Shown piece by piece: positions 28,510 through 38,716 of a stretch of 64,000 nt of DNA (its first letter is position 1; the number at the start of each line of letters is the position of its first letter). Source of the stretch: an uncultured Chitinophagales bacterium. GTDB lineage: Bacteria > Bacteroidota > Bacteroidia > Chitinophagales > JADIYW01. The notes below the pieces were generated by a model, which saw only the letters and a list, made by a program, of their open reading frames with translations, did not search any database and was not told the DNA's origin. The translations under genes and the position numbers were made by a program. Location: positions 4,043 through 68,042 of the forward strand of contig CAZXRF010000005.1 of assembly GCA_964642875.1 (NCBI GenBank). Direction: 5' to 3'.

Positions 28510-29622
28510 ATGAAAAAATCTTCCATTTTACTCATCACAGCAACCATCTTATTTTTTGGCTGTACAAAAAATGAAAATAAGAACACACATAACGACCCTG
28601 AACCGCTATCAAGAATTGCATTCGGATCGTGTTGCGCACAATACCTTACAAATATGAAAATATTTGATAGGATATTGGAATTAAATCCTCAATTATATAT
28701 TGCCGGCGGCGATAATGTATATGCTGATTTCTTTGCATTAGCTCCTGGAACACCCGAATATATTGAAGGCGCATATCGACAGTTAGCAGGTCGTGGATAT
28801 TGGTCTAATTTTAGAAGCAAAATTCCAGAAATATTACCGATGTGGGACGACCATGATACTGGAATGAACGACGGAACTTCTAATAATCCTGTAAAAGGCG
28901 CTGCAAAACAATCTTTCTTTAAATTTTGGAATATTCCAGCTGATGCCCCTCGTCGCAACCGTCCTGATGGCGGTATTTATGATTCCTACTATTATGGTGA
29001 TGATGCACATAAAGTACAAATAATATTAATGGATTTACGTTGGAATCACACACCCTATAAAACAGAAGGAGCTGGCGCAGCATTAACAGGATACGATACA
29101 ATGATGTCACCAGAAGCAACTATTTTAGGGGCTACACAATGGGCATGGTTAGAAGGTGAGTTAAAAAAACCGGCGAAAGTAAGAGTTATTCTCTCTACAT
29201 TACAATTCAATGCATTATACGGAGGTAATGAAAACTGGGCAATTTTACCGTTGGAAAAACAAAAAATGTACGACTTAATAAAGAGTACTGGTGCTAATGG
29301 AGTATTTTTTATCAGTGGGGATATACATTTTGCAGAGTTAACCAAAGTACAACAAACGGGTTTGTACCCAATTTATGATTTGACAGCAAGTGGTATTACG
29401 CATCATGAAGATAAGGTAGCCGCATTAAACAACTCCATTAGAGTTGGGAATGGATGGCAGTATGTAAACTTTGGATTTATAGATATCGATTGGAAGGCTT
29501 CACCTGTTTCTATCAAGTTACAAATTTTTGGAGATACACCAGGTTCTGGTCCTAATGGAAAATTAGTAAGTGCTGATGCTAAAATATCCCATACAGTAAC
29601 TTTAGATGAATTGAAATTCTAA
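28510..29622 (+). CDS. PhoD-like metallophosphatase lipoprotein
   Basis: Lipobox LFFGCT and calcineurin-like metal ligands (GGDNVYAD, WDDHD, SGDIHFAE). Confidence 0.75.
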   Translation: MKKSSILLITATILFFGCTKNENKNTHNDPEPLSRIAFGSCCAQYLTNMKIFDRILELNPQLYIAGGDNVYADFFALAPGTPEYIEGAYRQLAGRGYWSNFRSKIPEILPMWDDHDTGMNDGTSNNPVKGAAKQSFFKFWNIPADAPRRNRPDGGIYDSYYYGDDAHKVQIILMDLRWNHTPYKTEGAGAALTGYDTMMSPEATILGATQWAWLEGELKKPAKVRVILSTLQFNALYGGNENWAILPLEKQKMYDLIKSTGANGVFFISGDIHFAELTKVQQTGLYPIYDLTASGITHHEDKVAALNNSIRVGNGWQYVNFGFIDIDWKASPVSIKLQIFGDTPGSGPNGKLVSADAKISHTVTLDELKF

Positions 29623-29644
29623 TTAATTAATCATTACAATCATA

Positions 29645-29675
29645 AAAAAGAGGCATAATGTGTGCCTCTTTTTTT
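29645..29675. terminator. Rho-independent terminator (A-tract / 11-bp stem / T-tract, potentially bidirectional)
   Basis: aaaaagaggca-taatgtg-tgcctcttttt, followed by further T residues. Confidence 0.8.
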
Positions 29676-29686
29676 ATTTTTGAGGT

Positions 29687-30715
29687 ATGGATATCTTTGA
29701 AAGTACAGCACGCTTGCTAAATGAAGTAATTGAAACAGAAATTAATAGTCTTGAAGCTTTGGAAAAATTCAGGATTCGTTTTCTTGGTACTAAGAATATC
29801 CTTAAAGATATCTTTATAGAAATAAAAAATGTTCCGAATGAACGTAAAAAAGAATTTGGACAAATAATAAACAGCGTAAAGCAAGCAGCCGAAGAGAAAT
29901 TTGCTGCTGCTCAAGAAAAATTTCAAGAATCAGCAAGTAAAACTGAAGTAGCTATTGACCTAACTTTGCCGGGCGATATTACTACCACCGGCGCGAGACA
30001 TCCGATACAATTAGTAAGAAATAAAATTATTGATATATTTAAACGTATCGGATTTACAGTAGAAGAAGATAGAGAAATTGAGGATGATTGGCATAATTTT
30101 ACGGCTTTAAACATGCCTGAAGACCATCCTGCAAGAGATATGCAAGATACTTTTTTTGTAAATATCAACCCCGATGTGGTATTGCGCACCCATACTTCAT
30201 CGGTACAGGTACGGGTAATGGAGCAGCAAAAACCGCCAATACGTATTTTATCGCCGGGAAGAGTGTATAGAAATGAAACCATATCCGCCCGTTCTCATTG
30301 TTTTTTTCATCAAATTGAAGGATTGTATATTGATGAGAATGTTTCCTTTGCCGATTTATTGCAGACCTTAGATTTCTTTGCTAAAGAATTTTTCGGCCCG
30401 GATATAAAAATAAAAGTACGACCATCTTATTTCCCATTTACTGAGCCATCTGCAGAGGTAGATGTAACTTGCTTTATTTGTGGTGGCGAAGGATGCAATG
30501 TCTGTAAATATTCGGGCTGGGTAGAAATTTTAGGTTGTGGCATGGTTGACCCAAAAGTATTGGAAAACTGCAATATCAATCCTAAAAAGTATTCGGGATT
30601 TGCTTTTGGAATGGGTGTGGAACGTATTACTATGCTTAAATATCAAATTAAAGATATCCGATTGATTTCAGAAAATGACACTAGATTTTTAGAGCAATTT
30701 AAGGCTGCACGATAA
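29687..30715 (+). CDS. pheS: Phenylalanine--tRNA ligase alpha subunit
   Basis: Class II aaRS motifs (HPARDMQDTFF, SPGRVYRNE, GFAFGMGVERI), 342 aa. Confidence 0.96.
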   Translation: MDIFESTARLLNEVIETEINSLEALEKFRIRFLGTKNILKDIFIEIKNVPNERKKEFGQIINSVKQAAEEKFAAAQEKFQESASKTEVAIDLTLPGDITTTGARHPIQLVRNKIIDIFKRIGFTVEEDREIEDDWHNFTALNMPEDHPARDMQDTFFVNINPDVVLRTHTSSVQVRVMEQQKPPIRILSPGRVYRNETISARSHCFFHQIEGLYIDENVSFADLLQTLDFFAKEFFGPDIKIKVRPSYFPFTEPSAEVDVTCFICGGEGCNVCKYSGWVEILGCGMVDPKVLENCNINPKKYSGFAFGMGVERITMLKYQIKDIRLISENDTRFLEQFKAAR

Positions 30716-30717
30716 GA

Positions 30718-31044
30718 TTACAAACTAAAACTTTCACCACAAGAACAAGTTCTTGAAGCATTAGGGTTGTTGAAATAAAACCCTTTTCCATTGAGCCCCT
30801 CTGAGAAATCTAATTCTGTTCCTAATAAATACAATATGCTCTTTGGATCTACAATGATTTTAATTCCTTTGTCTTCAAATACTTCATCTGTCGGAAGAGA
30901 TTGATTGTCTAATTTCATATTGTAAGTCAATCCGCTACAACCTCCACTTGTAACTGAAACACGCACAAAATAGTCAGGCGTAAGTTTATCATCCTGCCAT
31001 ATTTTTAGTACACGTTCTTTTGCTTTATCAGAAATAAATATCAT
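30718..31044 (-). CDS. HesB/IscA-family iron-sulfur cluster insertion protein
   Basis: 108 aa with GGCSG and a C-terminal CSCGESF motif. Confidence 0.9.
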   Translation of the reverse strand: MIFISDKAKERVLKIWQDDKLTPDYFVRVSVTSGGCSGLTYNMKLDNQSLPTDEVFEDKGIKIIVDPKSILYLLGTELDFSEGLNGKGFYFNNPNASRTCSCGESFSL

Positions 31045-31062
31045 ACGAAAGTCAACAAAAAA

Positions 31063-32334
31063 TTAATCAATTAGTTCAAATTTGGTATATGGTATTAATG
31101 CCTTGGGAATACGGATTCCGTTTACAGTCTGATGATTTTCCAGCAACCCTGCCATGATACGCGGCAATGCCAATGCACTACCATTTAAGGTATGTGCTAG
31201 AGTTTTTTTATTTTCTGTGTCTTTTATGCGCAATTTCAACCTATTGGCTTGGAAAGTCTCAAAATTTGAAACGGAGCTAACTTCTAACCACCGTTTTTGT
31301 GCAGTAGAATATACTTCAAAATCGTAAGTTAATGCAGAAGAAAAAGTCATATCGCCGCCACACAATCTCAATATTCTATATGGTAATTCTAATGCTTTTA
31401 ATAAACCCTCTACATGCTTCAGCATTTCATCTAAAGCGGCATAGGAATTTTCAGGTTTTTCAATACGAACAATTTCCACTTTATCAAATTGATGCAAACG
31501 GTTTAACCCTCTAACGTCTTTACCATAGCTGCCCGCCTCTCTGCGGAAGCAAGGCGTATAGCCTACATTTTTTATAGGTAATACTTTTTCATCTACAATT
31601 TCATCTCTATATATATTGGTGATAGGAACTTCAGCTGTTGGTATTAGGTATAAGTCATCTGCCGTAATGTGGTACATTTGTCCTTCCTTATCGGGCAATT
31701 GTCCTGTACCGAACCCCGAATCTCTATTTACTACGTGCGGGACTTGCACTTCTAAATACCCTGCTTCAATCGCTTTGTCTAAGAAAAAAGTGATTAAGGC
31801 ACGTTGTAACGCAGCTCCTTTCCCCTTGTACACCGGAAACCCGGCACCTGTAATTTTATTTCCTAGTTCAAAATCTATTAAGTTATATTTTTTCGCTAAA
31901 TCCCAATGCGGCATAGCATTAGAAGGTAATATCGGAAATTCAGTTGTCGAAAAGACCACCTCGTTGTCTTCTGCTGCTTTTCCAGCTGGAACGATAGCGT
32001 TTGGAAAATTCGGCATAGTAACTAATTTATCATAAATTGAGGCTTCAATCTCAGCAGTTTCTATTTCTAATTTATCGACATTTTCTTTTATATCGGAAAT
32101 CTTTATTTTCATTTTCTCTGCTTCTTCTTTATTCCCATTTTTCATTAAGTTTCCAATTTCTTTGGATAAAGAATTTCTCTGCGCTAAAAAATCATCTAAA
32201 TATGATTTTACCAATTTTCTTTTATCGTCTAATGTGATGATTTCATCTACAAAATGTAACTCTTTAAAATGCTTATGCGCTAAGCGCTCTTTGGTATAAG
32301 CGGTGTCTTTTTTCAGTTGTTCTATAGTCAGCAT
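31063..32334 (-). CDS. serS: Serine--tRNA ligase
   Basis: N-terminal coiled-coil arm and class II motifs (CFRREAGS, HTLNGSALALPR), 423 aa. Confidence 0.96.
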   Translation of the reverse strand: MLTIEQLKKDTAYTKERLAHKHFKELHFVDEIITLDDKRKLVKSYLDDFLAQRNSLSKEIGNLMKNGNKEEAEKMKIKISDIKENVDKLEIETAEIEASIYDKLVTMPNFPNAIVPAGKAAEDNEVVFSTTEFPILPSNAMPHWDLAKKYNLIDFELGNKITGAGFPVYKGKGAALQRALITFFLDKAIEAGYLEVQVPHVVNRDSGFGTGQLPDKEGQMYHITADDLYLIPTAEVPITNIYRDEIVDEKVLPIKNVGYTPCFRREAGSYGKDVRGLNRLHQFDKVEIVRIEKPENSYAALDEMLKHVEGLLKALELPYRILRLCGGDMTFSSALTYDFEVYSTAQKRWLEVSSVSNFETFQANRLKLRIKDTENKKTLAHTLNGSALALPRIMAGLLENHQTVNGIRIPKALIPYTKFELID

Positions 32335-32559
32335 ATCTAAAAATTATGCTGCAAAGATAAGTTTTCGTAATTAGGGAACACAACAATACCCTATATTTAG
32401 GTATTTTTCCAAAAAAAATAACACAACGCACCTCTTTTTATTAAAAAATGCTTTACTTTGCGGTACAATCAATATTTCCTCGCGTTTTATTGAAAAGACG
32501 TAACGAATTCAAAATCCGTATCTTTAATGTTTCTCTATTCCCGGTAAAATTATTTACTT

Positions 32560-34218
32560 ATGTATGATAACTCCGTTTTAACAGAAAGACTGCTGCCTGA
32601 GTTGAGGGAAATTGCCGAAAATATGATGATTCCTAAATCCAAAATTACAAAATCTAACAAATCCGAAATTATAGATCTTATCCTTAAAAAACAAGGTATG
32701 CAAGAACAAGAACAAGAAATGAAAGAAGAGATTGTACCTACATCAACCTCTGCTGATATGCCGTCAGAAGCTCCTAAGAAAGAAAAAAAAGAACGTACCC
32801 GTATCCAACGAAAAGTAGCGGAGAAAGTTGTCCCTACAAAAAAAACTAAAGAAGAACCAAAGTCAGCGGAAGACATATTGGAAGCACCACTTAATGAACA
32901 TATAGTAAGCGATATTTCAAAAGAGATAGTTTTAGGAAAAAAGGATACACAAGATGTACAACCCCAAAAACCGGAACGCCATCACCATCACGAGAGAGTT
33001 ACTAAAGTAAATACAGAACGAACAGAAGAAATAAAAGATTATGCCGTATCGGAAGAAGTACAATTTATTCAAGAAGAAAAAAAGCCTGAATTTAACGTTG
33101 ATTTAGACGGTGTAATATTAGGTGAAGGTGTTTTGGAAATAATACCGGAAGGATATGGGTTTTTGCGTTCATCGGATTACAACTATTTATCCTCTCCTGA
33201 CGATGTATATGTATCTCCATCACAAATAAAACTAATTGGATTAAAAACAGGAGATACCGTAGTAGGAAGCATACGCCCACCTAAAGAAGGGGAGAAATAT
33301 TTTGCACTATTACGAGTTGAAACCATTAACGGAAAAACTCCACAAGAAATTAGAGATAGAATTCCGTTTGATTACTTAACGCCTTTATTCCCAACAGAAA
33401 AATTAAATCTGTTTTATGAACCTAATAATTATTCTACTCGTATAGTTGACCTATTTACTCCTATAGGCAAAGGACAACGCGGAATGATTGTGGCACAACC
33501 CAAAACAGGTAAAACAATGTTGCTAAAAGACATTGCCAATTCTATTGCCAAAAATCACCCGGAAGTATATTTAATAATATTACTCATAGACGAACGCCCT
33601 GAAGAGGTAACAGATATGCAGCGTAGCGTGCGTGCGGAAGTAGTAGCATCTACTTTTGATGAGCCTGCTGACCGACACGTAAAAGTTGCCAGTATTGTAT
33701 TGCAAAAAGCAAAACGATTGGTAGAGTGTGGACACGATGTAGTTATCTTATTAGACTCCATTACCCGTTTAGCAAGAGCACATAATACAGTAGCACCTTC
33801 TTCAGGAAAAGTGCTATCAGGTGGGGTGGAAGCAAATGCTTTACATAAGCCTAAACAATTTTTTGGTGCGGCACGAAATATAGAAAATGGAGGTTCTCTA
33901 ACAATTATTGCAACGGCATTAACAGATACAGGATCAAAAATGGACGAAGTAATCTTTGAAGAATTTAAGGGTACAGGAAATATGGAACTTCAATTAGACA
34001 GAAAATTAGCTAATCGCCGTATTTTCCCTGCTGTAGATGTAGTTGCGTCTTCTACCCGTAGAGATGATTTATTACTGGATAAAGATGCCTTACAAAAAAT
34101 GTGGATATTACGTAATCACCTTGCTGATATGAACTCTGAAGAATCCATGAAATTCTTAATGCAGCAGATGAAAGGAACACGAAGTAATGAAGAATTTTTG
34201 ATGACAATGAATAGGTAG
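32560..34218 (+). CDS. rho: Transcription termination factor Rho with a long K/E-rich N-terminal insertion
   Basis: Rho_N ([12 protein letters not shown]), CSD-like RNA-binding domain (GFLRS...VYVSPSQI), Walker A AQPKTGKT, and LIDERPEEV. About 140 extra low-complexity residues lie between Rho_N and the RNA-binding domain. Confidence 0.96.
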   Translation: MYDNSVLTERLLPELREIAENMMIPKSKITKSNKSEIIDLILKKQGMQEQEQEMKEEIVPTSTSADMPSEAPKKEKKERTRIQRKVAEKVVPTKKTKEEPKSAEDILEAPLNEHIVSDISKEIVLGKKDTQDVQPQKPERHHHHERVTKVNTERTEEIKDYAVSEEVQFIQEEKKPEFNVDLDGVILGEGVLEIIPEGYGFLRSSDYNYLSSPDDVYVSPSQIKLIGLKTGDTVVGSIRPPKEGEKYFALLRVETINGKTPQEIRDRIPFDYLTPLFPTEKLNLFYEPNNYSTRIVDLFTPIGKGQRGMIVAQPKTGKTMLLKDIANSIAKNHPEVYLIILLIDERPEEVTDMQRSVRAEVVASTFDEPADRHVKVASIVLQKAKRLVECGHDVVILLDSITRLARAHNTVAPSSGKVLSGGVEANALHKPKQFFGAARNIENGGSLTIIATALTDTGSKMDEVIFEEFKGTGNMELQLDRKLANRRIFPAVDVVASSTRRDDLLLDKDALQKMWILRNHLADMNSEESMKFLMQQMKGTRSNEEFLMTMNR

Positions 34219-34465
34219 TTTTATAACATATTGATAATAGGTAAATTATGTATTTAAATGTTTTGTCATGTTTATCTTTGATAAAATAGTCTGATTGATG
34301 TTTCTATTTTTCTAAATAGTTAAATCCTTGATTTTCTATTGAAAAAAAGCATTTTCAATTCAATACATCATTAAATTTCAAATTAAAAGCGTATCTTCGC
34401 ATTCCAAAATTTGACGATGCCTGCATTTTCAAATGTATATATTTTAAAATTTTCAATTAAATAAA

Positions 34466-34621
34466 ATGAAAAGAACGTTTCAACCATCAGTAAGAAAGAG
34501 AAAAAATAAACATGGTTTTCGTGAGCGAATGGCAACAAAAGGTGGCCGTGCGGTATTAAATGCACGACGTGCTAAAGGCAGAAAAAAATTAACTATTTCA
34601 GACGAAAGAAAAGGAAAATAA
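34466..34621 (+). CDS. rpmH: 50S ribosomal protein L34
   Basis: Hand-translated as [51 protein letters not shown]. It falls below the 60-aa cutoff of the ORF track. Confidence 0.95.
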   Translation: MKRTFQPSVRKRKNKHGFRERMATKGGRAVLNARRAKGRKKLTISDERKGK

Positions 34622-35028
34622 TAGCTGAAAAGGATAAATATATACGGCTTACTTTTTCTAAGGAAGAAAGACTGAAAAGCAAGAAATTAATTGAAACGCT
34701 TTTTAGCAACAAAGTTTTTGTCCAAAATTATACTTTAAAAATTTACTACAAAGCAGTAGAATTAAATTGCGCCTATCCGGCGCAATTTGCTTTTTCCGTT
34801 TCTAAACGTTCTTTTCTTAATGCCACAGTTAGAAACCGCATAAAACGCTTAATGAGAGAGAGTATCCGCTTACAAAAAAATGAATTTTACCAAACTCTAC
34901 AGGCAAAGAAAATTCAGCTGCTAATTTTGGTAAACTATCAACCTAAAGCTATTACAACCAAAAAAAATATTGAAGAAGCGACCGCTCAACTTCTTCAAAA
35001 AATCTCTAATGAACTATCAATAAATTAG
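34621..35028 (+). CDS. rnpA: Ribonuclease P protein component (start codon non-canonical, 5' boundary uncertain)
   Basis: Hand-translated frame open from 34576. It reads ..LTFSKEERLKSKKLIETLF..FAFSVSKRSFLNATVRNRIKRLMRESIR.., which contains the RNR motif. There is no ATG/GTG/TTG before the RNR motif, and an ATA overlaps the rpmH stop (TAATA). Confidence 0.85.
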   Translation: MAEKDKYIRLTFSKEERLKSKKLIETLFSNKVFVQNYTLKIYYKAVELNCAYPAQFAFSVSKRSFLNATVRNRIKRLMRESIRLQKNEFYQTLQAKKIQLLILVNYQPKAITTKKNIEEATAQLLQKISNELSIN

Positions 35029-36613
35029 CAGTACTATAGCCGCTTGGAGTGTGTATGAGTACTACAAACTGCCCCATTGGCAAATCACCAACAAACATTG
35101 CCGAATTAGTGTTTTCTGTTTTCAATAATTCGCTATTCATTCCATATATTTCAATCGACAAAATGGGTTCTGCTGCCCTTATAGTTAAATAAGAATTTAC
35201 GGGATTGGGATATAAAATACAAGCAACTTTTGAGATGTACTTTTGAGGTATAACTGTTGGAATTGCATTACCATCGCAATCGGAATTTTTTATTAGATAA
35301 TACCCATTTGGAGTGGAATAATTATAAAAATGCTGTGGCTGAACGTAGTATATTGGCTTAGTATAAGTTGACGGTTGTAATAAACTGAGCGGTAATAAAA
35401 AATCAGCGACAATAGCATCAACATCACTAATTTGAGAAACCATATAGGTGAAATAATGCAATAAAGTATCATTTATTGGTTGGGTAAAATAAGAATGAGT
35501 AGAAGTAATATTTGCCGGCGGTTCCGAAAGATATCCCCATTGATATTGCTGAATACAATTGAAAGAATCTGCTGCACAAACAGTACTTATGAATGGATGC
35601 CCGCCAATACAGTTAACTATTAACTTAGTATCTAATGCCAGATTGTATTTGTGAATTTTATTTAAAACTGCCAATGCCCCCTCCACATAAAATAAAGTAG
35701 AATCTATATTTCGATTACCAAATAAAGTCAGCCCTAAATGTACCAAATTGTCTTTTTGTCCGTGTAAAAATAAAATATGCAGAGTACTATCTGTACCGTC
35801 TAAAAACTCTCCCATCTTACTTTGAAATAATACTGTAGTGTCCTCTTTGGGAAATCCACCGCCTATAGAAAATGCGTGCTTAATTCGCTTAGAATATGGA
35901 AGAGAATATTTTGCCTTTGCCGTAAAAGCTCCTTGTGGTAAATATATGGAATCTGTAAAATTTACACCTTGATTGGCTGTGGCTAATGTAAGGCTGCAAA
36001 ATGCACCGAAACTCAATCCACCGCTGATTAACTTTGCGGTATCTACATTTAATGTAATTGCATTTGCCACTATATAAATTTCTGCGGCTACTGCCGCCTG
36101 AAAGCCACCATAAAAAGCATTGCGAGTGCCCGAATAGGTATATCTTTCATGCGCCTCTACACTTGCCGGATTTTCATAATACGCCACACAAAAACCGCGC
36201 ATTGCTAAATCTACTGCATAAAAGTTCATCTGTTCGTGCCAACTGCCTTTATACGATGCACCATTACCATGCGTGAGTAAGATGCAAGGGCGTGTTGCAT
36301 TATCATTCGGACGAAGAAAAAACAGAGATAATGAGTCATTAGAATAAAATGTTTTTTTGCCTTTTAATCCATTCCAGGTAAAAGAAGTATCGGAAACAGC
36401 ACTATTTATTTTTTGTATTTCAAAACTATGTTTGAGAATAGTAAAATAATGTGTTTGCGTATCGTCAAATCCAGCAACGGGGATAAACGAAGCCGTGCAA
36501 ATATCTTTGTAATTAAAAATAGAAGAATAGTTGGTTTGTTGTGCAAATGTCGCCACTGCGTATAGCATCAAAACAATACTGCCTATCTTTTTTTGAATAC
36601 TACGCCTTGTCAT
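35006..36613 (-). CDS. Secreted alpha/beta-hydrolase (esterase-like) with a T9SS C-terminal sorting domain
   Basis: Signal peptide IVLMLYAVATFAQQ, nucleophile elbow GGLSFGAF, and a C-terminal ~80 aa Por-tail (YPNPVNSYLTI...LLIVH). Start is at the internal ATG (MTRRS). Confidence 0.75.
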   Translation of the reverse strand: MTRRSIQKKIGSIVLMLYAVATFAQQTNYSSIFNYKDICTASFIPVAGFDDTQTHYFTILKHSFEIQKINSAVSDTSFTWNGLKGKKTFYSNDSLSLFFLRPNDNATRPCILLTHGNGASYKGSWHEQMNFYAVDLAMRGFCVAYYENPASVEAHERYTYSGTRNAFYGGFQAAVAAEIYIVANAITLNVDTAKLISGGLSFGAFCSLTLATANQGVNFTDSIYLPQGAFTAKAKYSLPYSKRIKHAFSIGGGFPKEDTTVLFQSKMGEFLDGTDSTLHILFLHGQKDNLVHLGLTLFGNRNIDSTLFYVEGALAVLNKIHKYNLALDTKLIVNCIGGHPFISTVCAADSFNCIQQYQWGYLSEPPANITSTHSYFTQPINDTLLHYFTYMVSQISDVDAIVADFLLPLSLLQPSTYTKPIYYVQPQHFYNYSTPNGYYLIKNSDCDGNAIPTVIPQKYISKVACILYPNPVNSYLTIRAAEPILSIEIYGMNSELLKTENTNSAMFVGDLPMGQFVVLIHTPSGYSTANLLIVH

Positions 36614-36690
36614 TTTTTTACATACAATAGAATAATATTCAAAAATAGTTATAAAAAACAAATTTCGGAATACTTTATATTTGTAAAAAC

Positions 36691-36942
36691 TTGCCGTATT
36701 TTTGTTGTGTGGACATACTTAAAAAAATATTTATTTTCCCTTTTGTTTTGCTTATTAAACTCTATAAATATTCTATTTCTCCCTTATTAGGAGAAAACAA
36801 ATGCCGCTATCAACCTTCTTGTTCTACTTATGCGATAGAAGCATTGCAAAAACATGGTTTACTTAAAGGTGGGTATTTAGCTATTAAGCGTATATTATCG
36901 TGCCACCCATGGGGCGGCAGCGGCTACGACCCGGTGCCTTGA
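36691..36942 (+). CDS. yidD: Membrane protein insertion efficiency factor YidD
   Basis: [50 protein letters not shown]. The true start may be the GTG at 36709. Confidence 0.9.
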   Translation: MPYFCCVDILKKIFIFPFVLLIKLYKYSISPLLGENKCRYQPSCSTYAIEALQKHGLLKGGYLAIKRILSCHPWGGSGYDPVP

Positions 36943-37067
36943 TTTATTTATACAAAATTCGTTATCGATAGTACACATTTATTTTTTTTAACCATTCATA
37001 TACTCAATTTTTAGTAGCTTTAGCATTTACATAAAAAACAATACTCGATTTTTTTAAAAACAATAGA

Positions 37068-38711
37068 ATGAAAAAAATACTTATCATACTTAGTCTTTGC
37101 TTTCTAATGAATGCTTATGCTGCTGATCAAAATAAATATTTTGAGATTGCAAAGAACATGGAATTGTTTACTCAATTATACAAAGAACTGAACACCTACT
37201 ATGTGGACGATATTGACCCGAATAAATTAATGACAGATGGCATCAATAAAATGCTTGACGGCTTAGACCCATTTACCAACTATATCACCGGTGCAGATTT
37301 AGATGAATACCAAATGCAAACCACCGGAAAGTATGGCGGCATCGGCGCACGCATTGCAAAAATTGGAGATTATGTAGTAATTACAGATCCGTATGAAGGA
37401 TTTCCTGCCCAAAAAGCAGGACTTCAAGCCGGAGACCAAATAGTTGAGATAGACGGTAAAGTAGCCACCAAATATAATTCTGATGATGTGAGCCAGCTTT
37501 TGAAAGGTGAACCGGGAACTAAGATTACTGTAAAAGTAAAAAAAGCAGTAACCAACGAAGAAAAAACGTACACTTTTACTCGTGAAGAAATAAAAATTCA
37601 AAACGTGCCTTATTTTGGAATGGTAAGTGATAATATCGGATATATAAAACTGACTTCATTTACAGAAAATGCTGCACAAGAAGTTCAAGATGCGTTAAAA
37701 AATTTGAAGAAAAATCCGAACTTAAAAGGGGTTATTTTGGACTTACGTGGAAATGGTGGAGGCTTACTTAATGAAGCTATTAGTATTTGCAATACTTTTG
37801 TGGACAAAGGCACAAATATTGTAAATACAAAAGGAAAAATACAAGATGCAAATTTCTCCTATTCCACTACCGGAAAACCCGTTGACACCAATATTCCGTT
37901 AGCTATTCTTACTGACGGTGGTTCTGCATCGGCTTCTGAAATTGTTTCGGGCTCCATGCAAGATTTAGATAGAGGCGTTATTATCGGACAAAATACGTAT
38001 GGAAAGGGATTGGTGCAAGTAACTAAGCCCGTAGCGTATAAAGCAAAATTGAAAGTGACGATTTCCAAATACTATATTCCAAGCGGTAGATGCATTCAAC
38101 GGATTGACTATTCGCACCGGAATGCTGAAGGTGTTGCCAGTGCACTTCCAGACTCATTACGTAAAGATTTTAAAACCAAAGGCGGACGTATTGTAAAAGA
38201 TGGTGCAGGCATTGAGCCAGATATAAAAACACTAGAAGAAAAAGTAGCTCCAATTACAATTGCACTATACAACAACAATCATTTATTCCAATTTGCCAAT
38301 ATTTATAAAAATGAACATCCAACACTCAGAGACGGAAATAAGTTTTCTATGACGGACCAAGAGTATGCACAATTTACTACCTATTTGAAAGGCAAAACTT
38401 ATGATTATATCACACTGAGCGAAAACAAATTAAACGACTTAAAAAAAAGTATAAAAGAGGATGACTACTCCGCTTCGGTGCAAAAAGTAATAACAGATTT
38501 GGAAGCGCAGATAAAACACGATAAGTCGAAAGATTTAGACAAATACAAACCGGAAATAAAACAATTATTAGAGCAAGAAATAGCCAGCAGATACGGATAT
38601 GAAAAAGGCAGAATAGCCAATGGTATCAACACTGATCCAGATGTAGCAAAAGCAATTGAATTATTAAACGATAACGTCAAATATAAATCTATATTGACGG
38701 CGAAAAAGTAA
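37068..38711 (+). CDS. S41-family C-terminal processing peptidase with a PDZ domain
   Basis: Signal peptide, PDZ (PAQKAGLQAGDQIVEIDG), LDLRGNGGGLL, GGSASASEIV and TYGKGLVQ. Confidence 0.92.
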   Translation: MKKILIILSLCFLMNAYAADQNKYFEIAKNMELFTQLYKELNTYYVDDIDPNKLMTDGINKMLDGLDPFTNYITGADLDEYQMQTTGKYGGIGARIAKIGDYVVITDPYEGFPAQKAGLQAGDQIVEIDGKVATKYNSDDVSQLLKGEPGTKITVKVKKAVTNEEKTYTFTREEIKIQNVPYFGMVSDNIGYIKLTSFTENAAQEVQDALKNLKKNPNLKGVILDLRGNGGGLLNEAISICNTFVDKGTNIVNTKGKIQDANFSYSTTGKPVDTNIPLAILTDGGSASASEIVSGSMQDLDRGVIIGQNTYGKGLVQVTKPVAYKAKLKVTISKYYIPSGRCIQRIDYSHRNAEGVASALPDSLRKDFKTKGGRIVKDGAGIEPDIKTLEEKVAPITIALYNNNHLFQFANIYKNEHPTLRDGNKFSMTDQEYAQFTTYLKGKTYDYITLSENKLNDLKKSIKEDDYSASVQKVITDLEAQIKHDKSKDLDKYKPEIKQLLEQEIASRYGYEKGRIANGINTDPDVAKAIELLNDNVKYKSILTAKK

Positions 38712-38716
38712 TACCT

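Noticed and set aside
29675-29682. TAnnTTTG motif (tatttttg) upstream of pheS
   Set aside because: It is only 4 nt from the ATG and is part of the terminator T-tract, so it is most likely coincidental in AT-rich sequence.
34383-34565. 60-aa minus-strand ORF
   Set aside because: It lies antisense to the unmistakable rpmH (L34) coding sequence and its promoter region, so it is spurious.
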